A DNA stretch of 64,000 bases from Heteronotia binoei (Eukaryota). This document shows, one piece after another, positions 61,620 to 64,000 of this stretch. The notes beneath the pieces are model-generated. The model saw only the letters and a list, made by a program, of their open reading frames with translations. It had not been told where the DNA came from and ran no database searches. Positions within the stretch are counted from its first letter, which is position 1, and each line of letters begins with the position of its first letter. The stretch is from positions 38,316,001 to 38,380,000 of the forward strand of contig NC_083242.1 in the NCBI RefSeq assembly GCF_032191835.1, written 5' to 3'. A program made the position numbers and the translations under genes.

Positions 61620-64000
61620 ATGCACCGCTTCCGAGTGTCCAAGTTCCGGCGCGCCGAGGCCAGGGTGGCCCGCCAGGAGGTGGGTGGGTGGGCAGGCGGG
61701 GGGCACCTGCTGCTGCTGCCGCCTGCTCGCTTCCCCGGGGCTCCCCCGAAGGCAGCCGGGAGGGAGGGAGGGTCGCGCAGCCAGCCAGCCAGCCACGTGG
61801 GGGACGGCCGCGGAGAGCAGCGCCTGGCTGCCCCCTTGGGAGCGCTCGCTGCTTCTTGACGCCCCCGGCCCGTAGCAGGGCGGGGGCGCTTGGTTTGCTC
61901 TCCCGCTGGCAGCTGCCCCGCCCCGCCCCGCCGTGCCTGCAGAGCTCCAGGCGCTCCGGCCCCGAATGCTGGCGCGGGGTGAAGGGCCGTGCCAAAGAGG
62001 CTGCAGATGCCCGGGCAGGGTGCTGGGGGGGGGGGGGGGCGGTGAGGGGCGCAGCAGCCCTGCAGCATCTCCTGGCCGGGAAGGGCTTGGCTCCTTGGAA
62101 AGCAGCCTCTCTTGGCCCGCTGTAATCTCCAGGACGTGCCTGGAGCCCCCGAGCCTCGGAGCTTCCCAAGGCCCACCCAGGGCAAAGCACCTGCTGACAG
62201 GGCCCGGCTGGCCCAAACAGCCCCTGCGCTGGCAATGTCACACGAGGGTGCCCAGTTTGGGGCCCCCAGAAGGCCAGCGCCCTAGACGGTCACCTCCTTT
62301 GCCCAGTGCTGGCCTGTCTCCTGAAGGCAGACTTCTGCCACTTGTGGCCAGTTCCGTCAGCTGCAGATGGGAGAAGCTGCCTATTGCTAGAATTCTTCCT
62401 CAGAAGGCTAACGAAGACACTTCTAGGACTCTAATACCAGCCAATGATCACATGCCAAAGAGGGAGGCTCCAGCAGGGTCTCCTCGAAACAGATTCTCTT
62501 TGTCCTGACGACTCGTTGGGTGCCTCCTGGAGTGTGAAGGGGGTGGGCAGCAGCAGTGAGAAGGCTGTTTGTGTGACAGTGCAGAATGTTCCCTTTTTCT
62601 CTGTGATTTCGCAGAGAAGGAGGAGGTGGTTTCCTTTCATTTCCTCGCCCCTAAATGACTCCTGGATTTCTCAGTGGGATGCAGCAGGGCAGCCTCCCCT
62701 CAAAGCCCGTGTCTCCCTCCCATTCTTCTTCTGTCTGTGGGTTGCAGGACTGGATCCGAGGCATCCATGGCGGCTGCGCTCCTGCTGCTTCTGGGAACCA
62801 CCTCAAAACCAGCTGCCGCTGGATCGTGTTCAGCACAGACTCTGCAGGTGAGCAGTTGGCAAGGCCTGGCCCAGAGACGAGGCCACAGGGCCTCTGGCCT
62901 GACCCGGTGTGACCTGGGGATGCACCTGCATCAGCCTTGCGGTAGGGACCCAGGAAGGCTGTGTGAACACACAAAGCTGCCTGATCTTGAATCAGACCTT
63001 TGGTCCATCCAGGTCAGACTGGCAGCAGCTCACCAGGGTCTAAGGCAGACCTCCTGCCTGGTCCTTTTCTGCTGAAGATTGAGCCAGGGACCTTCTGTGT
63101 GCCAAGCAGAGGCTCTGCAAACGAAAAAATACATAGCTAGCTGCAGCTGCCTTCTACTGAATCAGACCTTTGAGTCCATCACAGTCAGTCTTGTCTACTC
63201 CGACTGGCAGCGGCTCTCCAGGTCTCGGGCAGAGAAGGGTCTTTCACAGCATCTCCTGCCTGGTCCTTTTAACTGGAAATGCCCTTGGGAATTGAACCTA
63301 TTTGTCTTCTAAGCACTCGGAAACTGCCTTAGACTGAAACAGACCTTTTAGTCCTTCAAAGTCAGTCTTGATTACGCAGACAAGCAGTGGCTCTCTAGGG
63401 TTTCAGGCAGAAAAGGATCTTTCCCGTCACCTGCTACCAGATGCTGCTGCTGGGGATCGCACCTGGGACCTTCTGCATGCCAAGCAGAGGCTTTACCTTT
63501 GAGCTACAGCTCCTCCTCAGGTGCCACACTATGAGATTCTGGGGCAGCATGCGAGAGTAGCTGTAGCGTCTCTCTGGGAGTGAGGGGGCTTGGTGTCTTG
63601 TTGCTTGGTAGTAGCAACCACTGGTGGATTGTGTGAGAAGGAAGGCGCTCCCTGGGAGGAAACCCCCACCCTGTTTGCGTGCATCCCCTAGAGCAGGGGT
63701 GGCCAACAGTAGCTCTCCAGATGTTTTTTGCCTACAACTCCCATCAGCCCCAGCCATTGGCCATGCTGGCTGGGGCTGATGGGAGTTGTAGGGAAAAAAA
63801 ACATGTGGAGAGCTACCGTTGGCCACCCCTGCCTTAGAGTGCTGGGGTGGGGTGATCAGCCTGGGTGTCCCGAAGGGCTGCTACAGGGGTGGCCTGTGCT
63901 CTCTGACCTGACTCCTTTCTCTTCCAGGTGTGCTGGGTGTCGTGCCACTGGAAAGCCCAGATGGGGGCCAGAGGCCTGTTTCGCAGCTGCGTTGTCATTC
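61620..64000 (+). CDS. CORO7: Coronin-7, first three coding exons (gene continues beyond the window)
   Basis: Exons 61620-61679 (MHRFRVSKFRRAEARVARQE), 62748-62847 (DWIRGIHGG..NHLKTSC..) and 63928-64000 (GVLGVVPLE..LRCHS); matches the recalled CORO7 N-terminus MNRFRVSKFRH; head-to-head with DNAJA3; CpG island ~61350-62100. Confidence 0.93.
62975..63515 (-). mobile_element. Three tandem S2 SINE copies in CORO7 intron 2
   Basis: Repeated reverse-strand segments ctgaatcagacc...gactggcagcggctctcca...ggaccttctgcatgccaagcagaggctc. Confidence 0.65.
63694..63831. mobile_element. hAT-Charlie-type MITE
   Basis: Near-perfect 138-bp fold-back caggggtggccaac...gttggccacccctg; 8-bp TSD ccctagag/ccttagag (7/8). 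Confidence 0.88.

Noticed and set aside
61013-62241. Several 200-370 aa overlapping ORFs at the CORO7 5' end (similar ones at 32007-33173)
   Set aside because: CpG-island sequence is depleted of stop codons; the products are low-complexity G/P/R/A; the real coding parts are the short exons listed.

Overview
GC-rich vertebrate genomic DNA, most likely a squamate (gecko-like, inferred from its Sauria SINE, CR1, L2 and Penelope repeats). By recalled gene order it is syntenic with human 16p13.3, read in the opposite orientation. Six spliced host genes were reconstructed by hand from GT-AG sites and phase-consistent exons: C16orf96-like (-, 5' part only), CDIP1 (+), HMOX2 (-), NMRAL1 (+), DNAJA3/Tid1 (-, with both long- and short-isoform terminal exons) and CORO7 (+, first three exons). 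Introns and intergenic DNA are dense with retroelement and MITE remnants. The main discovery candidate is a very young Ty1/Copia element (56436-60153, minus strand) between the DNAJA3 and CORO7 promoters. It has identical 398-bp LTRs and one uninterrupted 886-aa Gag-PR-IN ORF with no RT/RNase H. Its integrase lacks the catalytic Glu. Its primer site is a three-part match to the 5' half of tRNA-iMet, each LTR carries a perfect Maf/NRF2 (T-MARE) site, and it is flanked by a 129-bp duplication rather than a 5-bp TSD. Other notable items: an 84-bp Sp/KLF+CRE VNTR at the CDIP1 promoter, reiterated CR1 3'-end arrays (67-bp and 140-bp units) at independent loci, and Penelope-type hammerhead remnants. 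No database search was run; family assignments rest on recalled motifs, and repeat boundaries are approximate unless stated otherwise.
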